A stretch of 63,966 bases of DNA, counting the filler, from Reticulomyxa filosa (taxonomy: Eukaryota > Protista > Foraminifera): NCBI GenBank assembly GCA_000512085.1. It is 17 parts of 17 records of this genome, joined end to end, with 100 filler letters (N's around TTAATTAATTAA, not from the genome) between each part and the next. Parts side by side here need not be neighbours in the genome. Positions count along the whole stretch, not along the records: positions 62,526 to 63,966 come from ASPP01020261.1; 16 more parts are not named here. One strand, 5' to 3'. Position 1 is the stretch's first letter. Every line of letters starts with the position of its first letter. Under the pieces are notes generated by a model. It worked only from the letters and a program-made list of their open reading frames with translations, did not search any database and was not told the DNA's origin. The position numbers and the translations under genes were made by a program. This document shows positions 63,964 to 63,966 of this stretch, one piece after another.

Positions 63964-63966
63964 AAA

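Overview
AT-rich, intron-containing eukaryotic (protist) genomic DNA, not prokaryotic. It consists of 17 contigs joined by 16 artificial 100-nt spacers (N44-TTAATTAATTAA-N44). Gene style, poly-Asn tracts, a recognisable Kelch-like family remnant and TM-RGS/7TM genes suggest a foraminiferan such as Reticulomyxa filosa; this is an inference with no search run. Well-supported genes, with exons joined by hand: an Ariadne-like RBR E3 N-terminus, a PUF/Pumilio protein, 7TM and TM-RGS proteins, a large Cys-repeat surface protein, a PTGES2-like glutaredoxin/GST, a GH47 alpha-1,2-mannosidase, a 67-kDa-type SppA, a PP2A B56 subunit, a mitochondrial carrier, GDP-mannose 3',5'-epimerase, and a P-loop + Rnl2-type RNA ligase fusion. 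Tc1/mariner, LINE (RT, RNase H) and MITE-like relics and pseudogenes lie between them. The most interesting signals are: (1) an unusual intron architecture with frequent GTT donors, AAG acceptors with A-rich rather than pyrimidine-rich 3' ends, and U-tract/A-tract or alternating-RY fold-backs that could juxtapose splice sites; (2) a three-domain RNA-repair-type ligase with a degenerate kinase module; (3) a PUF protein with non-canonical base-recognition triplets in repeats 1-5. All splice models are manual and unverified by transcripts.
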